A stretch of 64,000 bases of DNA, from the NCBI GenBank assembly GCA_013289475.1, contig JABCZW010000006.1, forward strand, positions 1,050-65,049, written 5' to 3'. The stretch comes from Bacteroidota bacterium. GTDB lineage: Bacteria > Bacteroidota > Bacteroidia > JABEUT01. How positions within the stretch are numbered: position 1 is the stretch's first letter; each line of letters starts with the position of its first letter. The notes beneath the pieces were generated by a model that was not told where the DNA came from, made no database searches, and saw nothing but the letters and a program-made list of their open reading frames with translations. This document shows positions 18,424-28,500 of this stretch, piece after piece. The position numbers and the translations under genes are program-made.

Positions 18424-19902
18424 TTACTTTTTGGCTGTGTATTGCGAACCTACCTGGTTGTGATACATTTTATAACGGTTCATTATTTCGCGCACATATT
18501 GGTAAGGCTCCTGCCCGCGGCAATAACCGAATGAAACTGTAGGGTCGTTATAATATTTAGGTAATGATTCATTGAGCAGGAAGTAAGCCACATTATCTTC
18601 CCACTTATTGGGGTCGAGCCCGTATTTAATAGCCAGGTTGCGGGCATCTATTATATGTCCTGCACCCACATCATACGACGCAAGGTCGAAAGGTATACGT
18701 GTTTCTTTATCAGGTATAAATTTGGCTAAGTAGCCATCTACTTCTCTCAGGTAGGCTACGCCGGCAGCTATACTTGCTTCGGGCGACATATTAGTCGTAT
18801 CTACATTATAATGTGCGGCAGTCGATGGCAATAATTGCATAAGTCCGAATGCACCTGACCATGATTTGGCTTCGGGGTTGAATTGCGATTCCTGGAATAT
18901 TTGGGCAGCAAGTAGTTTCCAATCCCAACCAAGCTTAACACTATACTTCTTTATCAAATCATCGTAGGGGGAAATCTTTCCGCCGGTTAATGAGAAGTAT
19001 TCACTGGTTTGCCTGTTAGAAGCCGATTTCTTATCCATAAAGTACTTCCCGAAAACAATATCGTTATATCCTTTCTTCTTTTGTTTACTCAACCAGTCGT
19101 TAAGTGCGCTCAATAATTCCGGAGAAGTACGTCTAACTGCCCAGGCAATTTTTTGAGGAAAACTTACAGGGGTACTTATATCAAGGTTATCGTAATAGGA
19201 AGCAATAATGCGTGCAACATTTTCGTCGGCAATAGTAAAGTCAATTTTGCCTTTTGCTACATCACCTATAAGTTCTTCGGTAGTTTCTGTTCCCGGAGTT
19301 TCTATTACATTGATCTTCCCTCCAATTTCATTCGACAAGTCTTTTAACCTCTCATAGAATGATGAGCCCTTTCGAACATAAACCTGTCTTTCTGCTAACT
19401 GTAATGGGTTCTTTACCAATAGGCTTTCTAATTGTGCTGTTGAAAGCTTGGGCCAGTTATCGGGTTTACGTTGTATGAGTACCTGGCGGGTAGTAAATAA
19501 GGGGCTTGCAAATTCTACATCTTTCCGGCGGCTACTTGTAACGGTAAGGTTATCGGCGGCAATATCGCCTTCGCAGCTATCAAGCATCTGGAAAATATTG
19601 TCTACATTCCTAACTACCTCTACATCTAATTCTACACCAATAGATTGTGCAAATGCATTGAGCATTTCATACTCATAACCCATCGGCTGGCCCTTATATA
19701 TAAAGTAGGTGGTCGAACTATTCTCAGTAAGTAAAACAAGTTTCTTACTCTTCTTTACCTGGTCGAGGTCGCGATGTTCTATATTGCTATAGTCATTTTG
19801 TGACGAATCGCGTGAACCGGGTAGTGAGCACTTCTTTACCTCTATAAGAGAAGTAAGAAGAAAGATTAAGCCAAATAATATTTTGTAGTTTTTCCACATC
19901 AT
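18424..19902 (-). CDS. mltF: Membrane-bound lytic murein transglycosylase F-like (solute-binding domain + SLT domain)
   Basis: N-terminal SBP_bac_3-like half and a C-terminal IFQESQFNPEAKSWSGAFGLMQLLPSTA SLT catalytic motif. Confidence 0.85.
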   Translation of the reverse strand: MMWKNYKILFGLIFLLTSLIEVKKCSLPGSRDSSQNDYSNIEHRDLDQVKKSKKLVLLTENSSTTYFIYKGQPMGYEYEMLNAFAQSIGVELDVEVVRNVDNIFQMLDSCEGDIAADNLTVTSSRRKDVEFASPLFTTRQVLIQRKPDNWPKLSTAQLESLLVKNPLQLAERQVYVRKGSSFYERLKDLSNEIGGKINVIETPGTETTEELIGDVAKGKIDFTIADENVARIIASYYDNLDISTPVSFPQKIAWAVRRTSPELLSALNDWLSKQKKKGYNDIVFGKYFMDKKSASNRQTSEYFSLTGGKISPYDDLIKKYSVKLGWDWKLLAAQIFQESQFNPEAKSWSGAFGLMQLLPSTAAHYNVDTTNMSPEASIAAGVAYLREVDGYLAKFIPDKETRIPFDLASYDVGAGHIIDARNLAIKYGLDPNKWEDNVAYFLLNESLPKYYNDPTVSFGYCRGQEPYQYVREIMNRYKMYHNQVGSQYTAKK

Positions 19903-19980
19903 CTTTCATCGTAATTACCACATTCTTACTAATTTTACGATGAAAACAGGTTTTCGTTTCACTTTTAGCCCCAAGTGCCT

Positions 19981-20625
19981 ATGTTTCTTGAGTTTATAGA
20001 TATTTTAACAGAAGAAATGGGGTATGGTTTACCCGGTTGGGAGGCTCAAAAACTTATGATATCAGGCAGGCCTAAAATGGATTTGGAGCTGATTGCTAAA
20101 AAGAATCCCCGCCAGAGCAGTGTATTGGTTTGGTTGTATCCCGAAAACGAATATATATATACACGGCTTATATTGCGCACAGAATATAAAGGGGTGCATA
20201 GTGCCCAGGTAGCTTTCCCCGGTGGCACAAAAGAGGAAACAGATGTTAACCTGTGGCAGACGGCTTTAAGAGAAGCACATGAGGAAGTAGGGCTTTTGCC
20301 CGAGAGGATTAAATATGTAGGTGAGCTTAGCCCGGTTTATATCCCTCCAAGTAATTTTTGGGTTCAACCATACATTGGTATGAGTGAAGAAAAGATGCCT
20401 GCTATAATTCAAAAAACAGAAGTACAATATTCTATGGATGTAAATCTTCGCCTTTTAATTGACCCAAAAATAAAAGAAGAGAAGTTAATTATGCGCTCCG
20501 GTTCTGATACTGAAACAAAAACGCCTTACTATAATATAGAGGGGCATACTGTTTGGGGTGCAACAGCTATGATGCTGAGTGAGTTGGAGGAGTTATTGCG
20601 AAGAGTTTATAAAAGAATGGGCTGA
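19981..20625 (+). CDS. NUDIX hydrolase, CoA pyrophosphatase-like
   Basis: Nudix box GGTKEETDVNLWQTALREAHEEVGL. ATG 19981 is preferred over GTG 19975. Confidence 0.8.
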   Translation: MFLEFIDILTEEMGYGLPGWEAQKLMISGRPKMDLELIAKKNPRQSSVLVWLYPENEYIYTRLILRTEYKGVHSAQVAFPGGTKEETDVNLWQTALREAHEEVGLLPERIKYVGELSPVYIPPSNFWVQPYIGMSEEKMPAIIQKTEVQYSMDVNLRLLIDPKIKEEKLIMRSGSDTETKTPYYNIEGHTVWGATAMMLSELEELLRRVYKRMG

Positions 20626-20640
20626 ATAATTTAAAATAAT

Positions 20641-20648
20641 TACTTTTG
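20641..20648 (+). promoter_or_regulatory. Candidate -7 box (TACTTTTG) for the TPP-riboswitch leader
   Basis: TAnnTTTG match immediately upstream of the riboswitch. Confidence 0.4.
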
Positions 20649-20651
20649 TCC

Positions 20652-20760
20652 GGTCTACTTTTAAGGGGTGCCTGAAAATTAAGGGCTGAGATCATACCCA
20701 GTAAACATAGAAATATGTTTTGGAACCTGATCAGGGTAATGCCTGCGGAGGGAAGGAGAT
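20652..20760 (+). promoter_or_regulatory. TPP (THI-box) riboswitch
   Basis: GGGGTGCC...GGCTGAGAT..ACCC...GAACCTGATCAGGGTAATGCCTGCGGAGGGAAGG matches the conserved THI element blocks, with a variable hairpin AAACATAGAAATATGTTT. Confidence 0.85.
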
Positions 20761-20828
20761 AACGAAAAATAGTAAGCCGGTGAATTTTCCACCCTTTGGT
20801 TCTTCGGCAGTATATGTAACGCAAATTA

Positions 20829-23267
20829 ATGAAAACATTCATTAAAGGCTCGTTTATAAAGTTGTGTATAGCAGCTATGTTTTTGCCAACGGCAATTTTT
20901 GCCCAGCGGTCATTCACAGGAATTGTGACCGACTCAGCAAATGGAAAGAAATTGGTGGATGTTGGAGTAACGATAAACTATACACTGCTTACTACATTAA
21001 CAGATTTAGATGGCAAATTCCATTTGCGACTTAACGATGGCGACTATACTGTATCATTTACGTATGTTGGATACAAAACTCAAACTATCCAGGTTTCTCT
21101 GCCCAAAGATTCGGTTATAAATGTGCATTTAACTTCCCTTGCAGTATTGTCAAGTGAGGTGGTGGTAAGTGCTACCCGAGCCAGTGATAAAACTCCTACT
21201 ACCTACAATAATATTGACAAAGAGTATCTTCAAAAAAGTAACGTAGGGCAGGATATGCCCTTCCTTTTGAATTTTACTCCTTCAATGGTTGTGCAGTCCG
21301 ATGCCGGTGCAGGAGTTGGTTATACTTATATTCACTTGAGGGGTAGCGATGCCACACGTGTAAATGTAACCATTGATGGTGTGCCTATCAATGATGCCGA
21401 AGATCAGGGTGTGTACTGGGTAGATATGCCCGATATTGTTTCATCGACCGATAATATACAAATACAGCGCGGTGTTGGTACATCTACCAATGGTGCAGGC
21501 GCTTTTGGTGGCAGTATAAATATTGAAACTACTAAATTATCTACCCAGCCTTATGTCGATTACAGCAGCTCTGCTGGTTCGTATAATACATTTAAAAACA
21601 CATTTGATTTTGGAACGGGTTTGTTGGACGGACATTGGGCATTTGACGGCAGGGCATCGAAAATAACTTCTGATGGATATATCTCCAGGGCAACATCTGA
21701 TTTTGAATCTGCTTTTTTAGATGCCGGTTATTACTGTAAAAGCACTATGATTAAAGCTGTGGTTTTTACCGGTAAAGAAAAAACCTACCAGGCATGGTAT
21801 GGGGTTCCGCAAGATTCATTAGCTACCAACCGCACCTTTAATCCCGCAGGAATGTATTATGACGCCAATGGCAAAGTGCAGTTCTATCCCAATGAAACTG
21901 ATAATTATGAGCAGGATTATTTCCAACTGCACCTGTCGCAGCAATTAGGGCATAACTGGGAACTGAATGCTGCACTTTTTCAAACCAACGGCTGGGGTTA
22001 TTATGAAGATTTTGATGCAGGCTATAATTATTCTACATATGGATTAGCAAATCCCGTGTATGGTAATGATACTGTCAGGGCAGGAAATTTTGTAGAAGAC
22101 CTCTGGCTGAACAATAAATTTTACGGTGCTACTTACACGCTTAAATATTCTGACCATAGCCGCATTAATGCTGACTTTGGAGGTGCATGGGATCAATATT
22201 ACGGACAACATTATGATAATGTATTATGGGCGCAGAATGGCGGACTCCCAAATAATAACTACCAATACGTAAGTAATACAGCTCTGAAGACAGACTTTAA
22301 TTTTTATGCGCGTGCCAATTATCAGCTTACTAATAAGCTGAACTTGTTTGCCGATATGCAGTACAGGCACATTAATTATTCCTTCCTTGGTTTTAATGAC
22401 CAACTGGAAAATGTAACACAGGATGTAAAACTTGATTTCTTTAATCCTAAAGGTGGTATTAGTTATGATGTTTCTGCGACGCAAAATGTATATGCATCGG
22501 TTGCGGTGGGGAATAAAGAACCATCACGCGATGACTATACTCAGTCGACCCCAACCAGTCGGCCACTTTCCGAGCATTTGGTCGACTGGGAGGCTGGGTA
22601 TAAACAACATTGGAAGAATTTGGCAGTGCAGGCTAACCTATATTATATGGATTATAAGAATCAGTTGGTGCTGAATGGGCAGGTGAATGATGTGGGTGCG
22701 TATAATCGCATAAATGTGGCGCAGAGTTACCGAACTGGTATAGAATTGCAATGCGCCATTCAGCCTGTTAAGTGGTTAAGATGGGATGCAAATGCAACAT
22801 ATAGCATTAACAAGATCAAGAACTTTAATGAATATGTGGACACGTATGATAGCTCAGGAAATCTTTCTAACACACTTTACCAAAAGCATACTTTGGTAGA
22901 TATTTCTTTTTCACCTTCGTGGATTGTAGGAAGTATTTTGACCATAACTCCCGTAAAAAATCTTTCATTCAGCCTGCTTACAAAATATGTTGGTAAGCAG
23001 TATTTAGATAATACTGAAAACTCCGACCGTGCTATTCCTGCCTACTTTACTAACGATTTCAGGATCAATTATGGCTTCATTCCACCTCATGCAAAATGGA
23101 TTAAAGAGATTGACCTTACCCTATTGGTTAATAATATAACGAGCCTTAAATACGTTTCGAATGGATATACGTATGAATATTTACAGCAAGGCGTTATATA
23201 CAACCAGAATAGTTATTTCCCACAGGCGCCGGCTAATTTCCTGGCAGGGGTTAATTTGAAGTTTTAA
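20829..23267 (+). CDS. TonB-dependent receptor (CarboxypepD_reg + plug + barrel), thiamine-regulated
   Basis: Signal peptide, FTGIVTDSANGKKL...V carboxypeptidase-regulatory-like domain, plug motifs (IQIQRGVGTSTNGAGAFGGSINI) and a terminal aromatic ...GVNLKF. Lies downstream of the TPP riboswitch. Confidence 0.9.
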   Translation: MKTFIKGSFIKLCIAAMFLPTAIFAQRSFTGIVTDSANGKKLVDVGVTINYTLLTTLTDLDGKFHLRLNDGDYTVSFTYVGYKTQTIQVSLPKDSVINVHLTSLAVLSSEVVVSATRASDKTPTTYNNIDKEYLQKSNVGQDMPFLLNFTPSMVVQSDAGAGVGYTYIHLRGSDATRVNVTIDGVPINDAEDQGVYWVDMPDIVSSTDNIQIQRGVGTSTNGAGAFGGSINIETTKLSTQPYVDYSSSAGSYNTFKNTFDFGTGLLDGHWAFDGRASKITSDGYISRATSDFESAFLDAGYYCKSTMIKAVVFTGKEKTYQAWYGVPQDSLATNRTFNPAGMYYDANGKVQFYPNETDNYEQDYFQLHLSQQLGHNWELNAALFQTNGWGYYEDFDAGYNYSTYGLANPVYGNDTVRAGNFVEDLWLNNKFYGATYTLKYSDHSRINADFGGAWDQYYGQHYDNVLWAQNGGLPNNNYQYVSNTALKTDFNFYARANYQLTNKLNLFADMQYRHINYSFLGFNDQLENVTQDVKLDFFNPKGGISYDVSATQNVYASVAVGNKEPSRDDYTQSTPTSRPLSEHLVDWEAGYKQHWKNLAVQANLYYMDYKNQLVLNGQVNDVGAYNRINVAQSYRTGIELQCAIQPVKWLRWDANATYSINKIKNFNEYVDTYDSSGNLSNTLYQKHTLVDISFSPSWIVGSILTITPVKNLSFSLLTKYVGKQYLDNTENSDRAIPAYFTNDFRINYGFIPPHAKWIKEIDLTLLVNNITSLKYVSNGYTYEYLQQGVIYNQNSYFPQAPANFLAGVNLKF

Positions 23268-24046
23268 GCTTGCAGTTTCTCCTGCAGCAGTGTGGCGAAT
23301 TTTTCGGGAGTAAGGTCATGGTAAAGCTTACCTAAATGTGCTAAAGAAATTGAACCCGTTTGCTCCGATACCGAAATAGCAATAGCATCTGACTTTTCAG
23401 TTATGCCAACCGCAGCCCTGTGGCGCATTCCCAGGTTTGCAGGGAAATCTGTTTTTTCGGTACTTGGCAGTACGCAGCGCGCGGCATATATTTTATTTTC
23501 TTCAATAATTACTGCACCATCGTGTAAAGGATTGTTCTTATAGAAAATACTTTCAAGCATGGCCTCGGTTATATTACTGTCGAGAATATCGCCGGTTTGC
23601 GCATAAAAACTCAGATCTGTATCTTTTTCAATAACTATTAATGCACCGGTATGAGCTTCGGACATATTACGACAGGCTTTTAAAATAGGGTGAAGGTCCA
23701 GTTCATTTTCTTTATCCAGTTGTAGCATTAAAAAGTTTTTTGTGAAATTCTTACGGTTGAAGAATTCTGTTTTGCCAATAATGAGTAAAAATCTTCTTAA
23801 CTCCTGCTGGAAAACAATGATAATAGCAATTACGCCCACATCAATAAAGCGGCTGAGTATGCTGCTGAACAATTGCATATCGAGCGCCTTTACAATGAGC
23901 CAGACTACATAAAGCAATATTATTCCTGTAAGGATATTTATGGCAGCAGTACCTCTTACCAGGCTGTATAGTTCATAAAGCAGGAAGGCAACCAGTAAAA
24001 TATCTACCGCATCAAGCCAGTGAAATATAATAAAGAGGTTTATCAT
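23264..24046 (-). CDS. cdaA: Diadenylate cyclase CdaA (DisA_N domain, 3 N-terminal TM helices)
   Basis: HDGAVIIEENKIYAARCVLP and GMRHRAAVGITEKSDAIAISVSEQTGSISLA motifs. Overlaps the folP stop by 4 nt. Confidence 0.9.
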   Translation of the reverse strand: MINLFIIFHWLDAVDILLVAFLLYELYSLVRGTAAINILTGIILLYVVWLIVKALDMQLFSSILSRFIDVGVIAIIIVFQQELRRFLLIIGKTEFFNRKNFTKNFLMLQLDKENELDLHPILKACRNMSEAHTGALIVIEKDTDLSFYAQTGDILDSNITEAMLESIFYKNNPLHDGAVIIEENKIYAARCVLPSTEKTDFPANLGMRHRAAVGITEKSDAIAISVSEQTGSISLAHLGKLYHDLTPEKFATLLQEKLQA

Positions 24047-24921
24047 AATTGCGCGTCGGGGTGTAAGTATTGATTCACCAATTTTATTACTTGTTTGGCT
24101 TCTTTCGCATCATGTACCCTTAAAATATTGGCACCTTGCAAAACGGCAAGGGTATTAAGCGATATGGTTCCCGTTAATGCATTTTCTGGTTTGGTCTTAA
24201 GTACTTTATTTATCATCGATTTGCGTGATACACCGGCCATAAGGGGTAATCCCATTTTTCGGAATGTGCCCAAATTGCGGAGCAAAGTATAATTGTGTTC
24301 AACAGTTTTGCCAAAGCCAAAGCCGGGATCAATTATTATTTGCCTTACACCGACCTTTTGTGCTTTATCAACCTGTGCAGAAAGAAAATTGTAGACTTCT
24401 TTCAGTACGTCATCATATTGTGGGTTTACCTGCATGGTTTCCGGGGTGCCTTGCATGTGCATCAATATGTAGGGCGCTTTAAGTTTGCCAATGGTTTTTA
24501 GCATTGCTTCATCCATAGTGCCACCCGATACATCATTTATAATTGATGCTCCGTGTGCAACTGATTCTTTAGCCACTTTGGCATGAAACGTATCTACCGA
24601 AATAATAATATCGGGGTATGTTTTAATAAGTGCATCTAATACCGGCAGTAATCTCTCCAATTCCTCTTCAGGGCTTAGCATAACTGCCTTTGGTCGGGTT
24701 GATGCTGCACCTAAGTCAATAATATCGGTTCCTTCAGCTAATAATTTTTCTGCTTGTTTAACGGCATCTTCAGGGCTTTCATATTTTCCTCCATCGTAAA
24801 AAGAATCGGGGGTAATGTTTATAATGCCCATTACAAGAGGCGCGTCAAACGACAACAGTTTTCCGTTTAAAAGTTTTAACGGACTTAAGCGATTAACTGT
24901 TTGTATGGTTGTTATGCCCAT
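24043..24921 (-). CDS. folP: Dihydropteroate synthase
   Basis: VMGIINITPDSFYDGG, DIIDLGAASTRP, and GVSRKSMI motifs. Confidence 0.93.
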   Translation of the reverse strand: MGITTIQTVNRLSPLKLLNGKLLSFDAPLVMGIINITPDSFYDGGKYESPEDAVKQAEKLLAEGTDIIDLGAASTRPKAVMLSPEEELERLLPVLDALIKTYPDIIISVDTFHAKVAKESVAHGASIINDVSGGTMDEAMLKTIGKLKAPYILMHMQGTPETMQVNPQYDDVLKEVYNFLSAQVDKAQKVGVRQIIIDPGFGFGKTVEHNYTLLRNLGTFRKMGLPLMAGVSRKSMINKVLKTKPENALTGTISLNTLAVLQGANILRVHDAKEAKQVIKLVNQYLHPDAQL

Positions 24922-25012
24922 TCCTCAAAAATAGCAAAAGCTTTTTTAGAGCCCCGAAGTTGCCGGAATTATTTCATAATCTTTATTATTTTCGTCTTAT
25001 ATATTTAATACC

Positions 25013-25516
25013 ATGGACGAATTAACAAGAGTGAGACTTGAAACCAATTTTCAGAATGCTGATAAGCTTTTGAACCAAAAATTTTATGAAGATTCTTATA
25101 AAATACTTCAGTCAATAATAAGAGAGGAGCCCACATTTGGTAAGGCCTATAACCATATTGCATGGTATCACCGTTGGAAAACCAAAGATTATGTTGCCGC
25201 AGAAGAAAATTATAAGAAATCGATAGAGTTCTCTCCTGAATATGGGTCAGCGTATGGGAATTACGCCGCACTTCTTAACTTATTGCGCCGATGGGATGAT
25301 TTACCGGCCTTGATTGAGAAGGGATTAAAGGTGCCCGGAGTTGACCACGGTAATCTTTATAATGAACTGGGAATGATGTTTGAATACCAAGGTAAGTTTA
25401 AAGAGGCTATTGAGCATTACAAAAAATATGCACTTGAGACACTTGACTCAGAAACACTGGATAAGATAATGCAGAGTATTGACAGATGTAAAAAGAAAAT
25501 AGAATTGTTCAAGTAA
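25013..25516 (+). CDS. Small TPR-like repeat protein
   Basis: 167 aa of helical-hairpin repeats (AYNHIAWYH..K..Y..AEENYKKSIE; LYNELGMMFEYQGKFKEAIEHYKK). Confidence 0.5.
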   Translation: MDELTRVRLETNFQNADKLLNQKFYEDSYKILQSIIREEPTFGKAYNHIAWYHRWKTKDYVAAEENYKKSIEFSPEYGSAYGNYAALLNLLRRWDDLPALIEKGLKVPGVDHGNLYNELGMMFEYQGKFKEAIEHYKKYALETLDSETLDKIMQSIDRCKKKIELFK

Positions 25517-25540
25517 GTGACAGAACTATAAAGAATGCAT

Positions 25541-25577
25541 AAAAGAGAAAGGCAGCTATAAGCTGCCTTTCTCTTTT
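25541..25577. terminator. Bidirectional rho-independent terminator between convergent genes
   Basis: Perfect 16-bp stem AAAAGAGAAAGGCAGC / GCTGCCTTTCTCTTTT with a 5-nt loop. A/T runs are built into both arms. Confidence 0.8.
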
Positions 25578-25599
25578 TTAACTCAATAAGAATTATTCT

Positions 25600-28500
25600 T
25601 TATTGTTTAATAAAGCGTATTACCTGTGTTTGTTTACCGGTTACCACTTTTACAAAGTATAGGCCCGGTGCAAGGCTCGATACATCTATATGCATTGCCT
25701 GGCCATTGCTTATAGTTTGTTCTGAACTAACAATTGCTTTGCCTGTTACATCACATACTTCTATTTTGCCTTCTGTTGTTGCATCTACCTTAAAGTCAAG
25801 GTTGAGTGTATTTGCAACTGGGTTAGGGTATGCAATAGTTGAATTTGTAACTGAGGCAGAGTTTATGCCTGTTGTAATGTCAACCACAACCCTTATAGTA
25901 TCGGTATTGACACAACCCTGGGCATTGGTAACAGTTACCGTATAGGTTTGTGTAGATGCAGGTGAAACAATATCAGGGTTGCTTGTGCCGCCACCTGACC
26001 AGCTGTAGCTAATACCACCAGTCGCAGTAAGCGTATCATTAGCGCCTTGGAGTATAGTATCCTTACCTGTAATACTAACCACAGGCAATGAATTAACAGT
26101 TACTTTTTCCGTTGTACTGTCCTTACATCCGCTACCATCGGTTACCGTTACAGTATATGTAGTGGTTGTTGCCGGATTCACACTTGGTGTGGTTCCGCTA
26201 AGGCTACCCGGCATCCATCCGTAGGTAAGGGTAGGTGTACCGCCCGCACCACTTGCCGAAAGGTTAGTGGAAGAACCTTTACATATTGAAGTGTTGCCTG
26301 CAGTTACCGAAACTACGCTGTTACTTATGTTCACAGTGGTGCTAACAGTTATGCCTCTTGAATCAGTTACCGACAGTGTATATGTTCCCGCCATTTTAAT
26401 TGTATCTATAGCCGAAGTAGAGCCATTTGACCATGTATAGGTTAAAGGAGCCATAGCGCCTCTTACGCTAAATGAGGCAGCTGTACCCGAGCAACCTGCA
26501 GGGGCAGATGAAGCTGAAGTACTCATCATTTCGGTAAGTTCACCTACAGGTAAAGAACCGTCGGAAGAACTTGTGAAACTATATTCCATAGTTACGGTAC
26601 CAGCCATGTCAGCCGAAAATAAGCTGCCAAAATTTTTTGTGCCTCCGTAATAGGTCATGCCATAAAATTTACCGTCACTGGCCGCTAAAAGGCCTCCATT
26701 AGGGTGTTGGCCGTCGGTGCTGGAGCCCAAAAATGAATGCAATACACTTTCAGTACTGCCATTATTGGTGTCGCATTTAAAATATGAGCCATTGCTATTA
26801 GCTCCGCCATTATATGATAGGGCATATAAGTTACTGTCGCTGCCAAATATTGGAGCGCCGGAAGGATAAGCGCCATCAGGGTTTGATGTAAAGGAATGCA
26901 ATAAATTAAAAGTACCTGCGGTAGTACATTTAAATATGGTTCCATAATTGCTTGCTCCACCACTTGAGGCCATTCCGTATAATGTGCCATTATCAGACTG
27001 TATAAGGTCTCCACTTGGATAAAGGCCATCGGAACCGGAAAAACTATGCATTACGGTCAGGTTGCCCAGAGTATCACAGTTAAATATTACTCCCCTGCTA
27101 CCGCTGGATCCGCCATATAAGGACATTCCATAAAGGTAACCGTCATGGCCAAAAATGAGGCTACCGCGTGGAAATCCTCCATCATTACTGCTATATGAAA
27201 AACTGTGAATCAGGGTGAATTTACCTGCAGGAGTAACCTTGAAAAGTGATCCGTAACCATAAGAACCGCCTTTGTAAGTCATGCCATAAAAAATACCGTT
27301 GTGTGCCATTACAAGGCTGCCATAAGGGAGACCGCCATCATTGGTGTCGCCACTAAAAACATGAAGAACTACCATGGCTCCCGTAGATGGGGTGTACTTA
27401 AATATTGTCCCTTTGCCGTATTGGCCTCCGGCCGACGTCATGCCATAGAAGTTGCCGTCTTTACCTTGTATAGGTTTACCAGATGGCGAGTTCCCTAAAA
27501 CATTTGCGCCAAAATTATAAGCCACATTTTCTTTATCCGATGTTAAATTAAAGCTGAAAATTATTCCATTATTCAGAGATCCACCTCCTTCGGTCATTCC
27601 ATACAGGTTACCATCTTTACCCATTACAAGACTGCCGTAAGGGTAATAGCCATCCTTACCCGAGCCAAAGCTATACAGGGTATCATATACCGTGCCGGTA
27701 GTATCACATTTAAAAATGGAGCCATCACTGTACAATCCCCCACCATATGCCAAACCGTATAAACTACTATCGGCACCAAAAATAAGCCTGCCATACGGAT
27801 TTCTGCCATCGCCGCTTACTACATTAAAGCTATGAAGGCTATCATAAATGGCACCATTGGTTGAGCATTTAAAAATCATTCCGCGATTACTTAACCCGCC
27901 ACTGTATGTTAAACCATATAAAGTGCCATTTTTTGCCTGTACCAGATCACCTTCCGGATAACCATTATCATTACTCAATATGCCAAAAGTGTGAACTGTA
28001 TCATATACTATACCATTTATAGTATCGCATTTGAATATTACTCCTTGGCCATTTGGTCCTCCATTATTTGTCATACCATACAACATTCCATCTTTTTTAC
28101 CTATAATTAAACTGCCATAAGGATATTGTCCATCATATGATAATACACCGAAGCTATGAATGGTATCGAATGTTAAACCATTTGTTGAGCATTTAAAAAT
28201 TACACCGTTGCCCTGTAATCCCCCATTATATGTCATGCCATAAAGCATTCCGTTACCACCTTGTACAAGGCTACCATACGGGTTGTACCCATCTGTTGGA
28301 TTAGTGGAAAAGGTATGAAGTAAATTGTATGTTTTGCCATCAGTTGAACACTGAAAAATAACTCCATCATTATTTAAACCTCCGCTATATGTCATACCAT
28401 ATAACATACCATCGTTGCCAATAATAACCTTACCATAAGGGCTACGGCCATCACTTGTTATGCCTCCAAAGCTGTGTATTATTTTCATGCCGCCTGAAGG

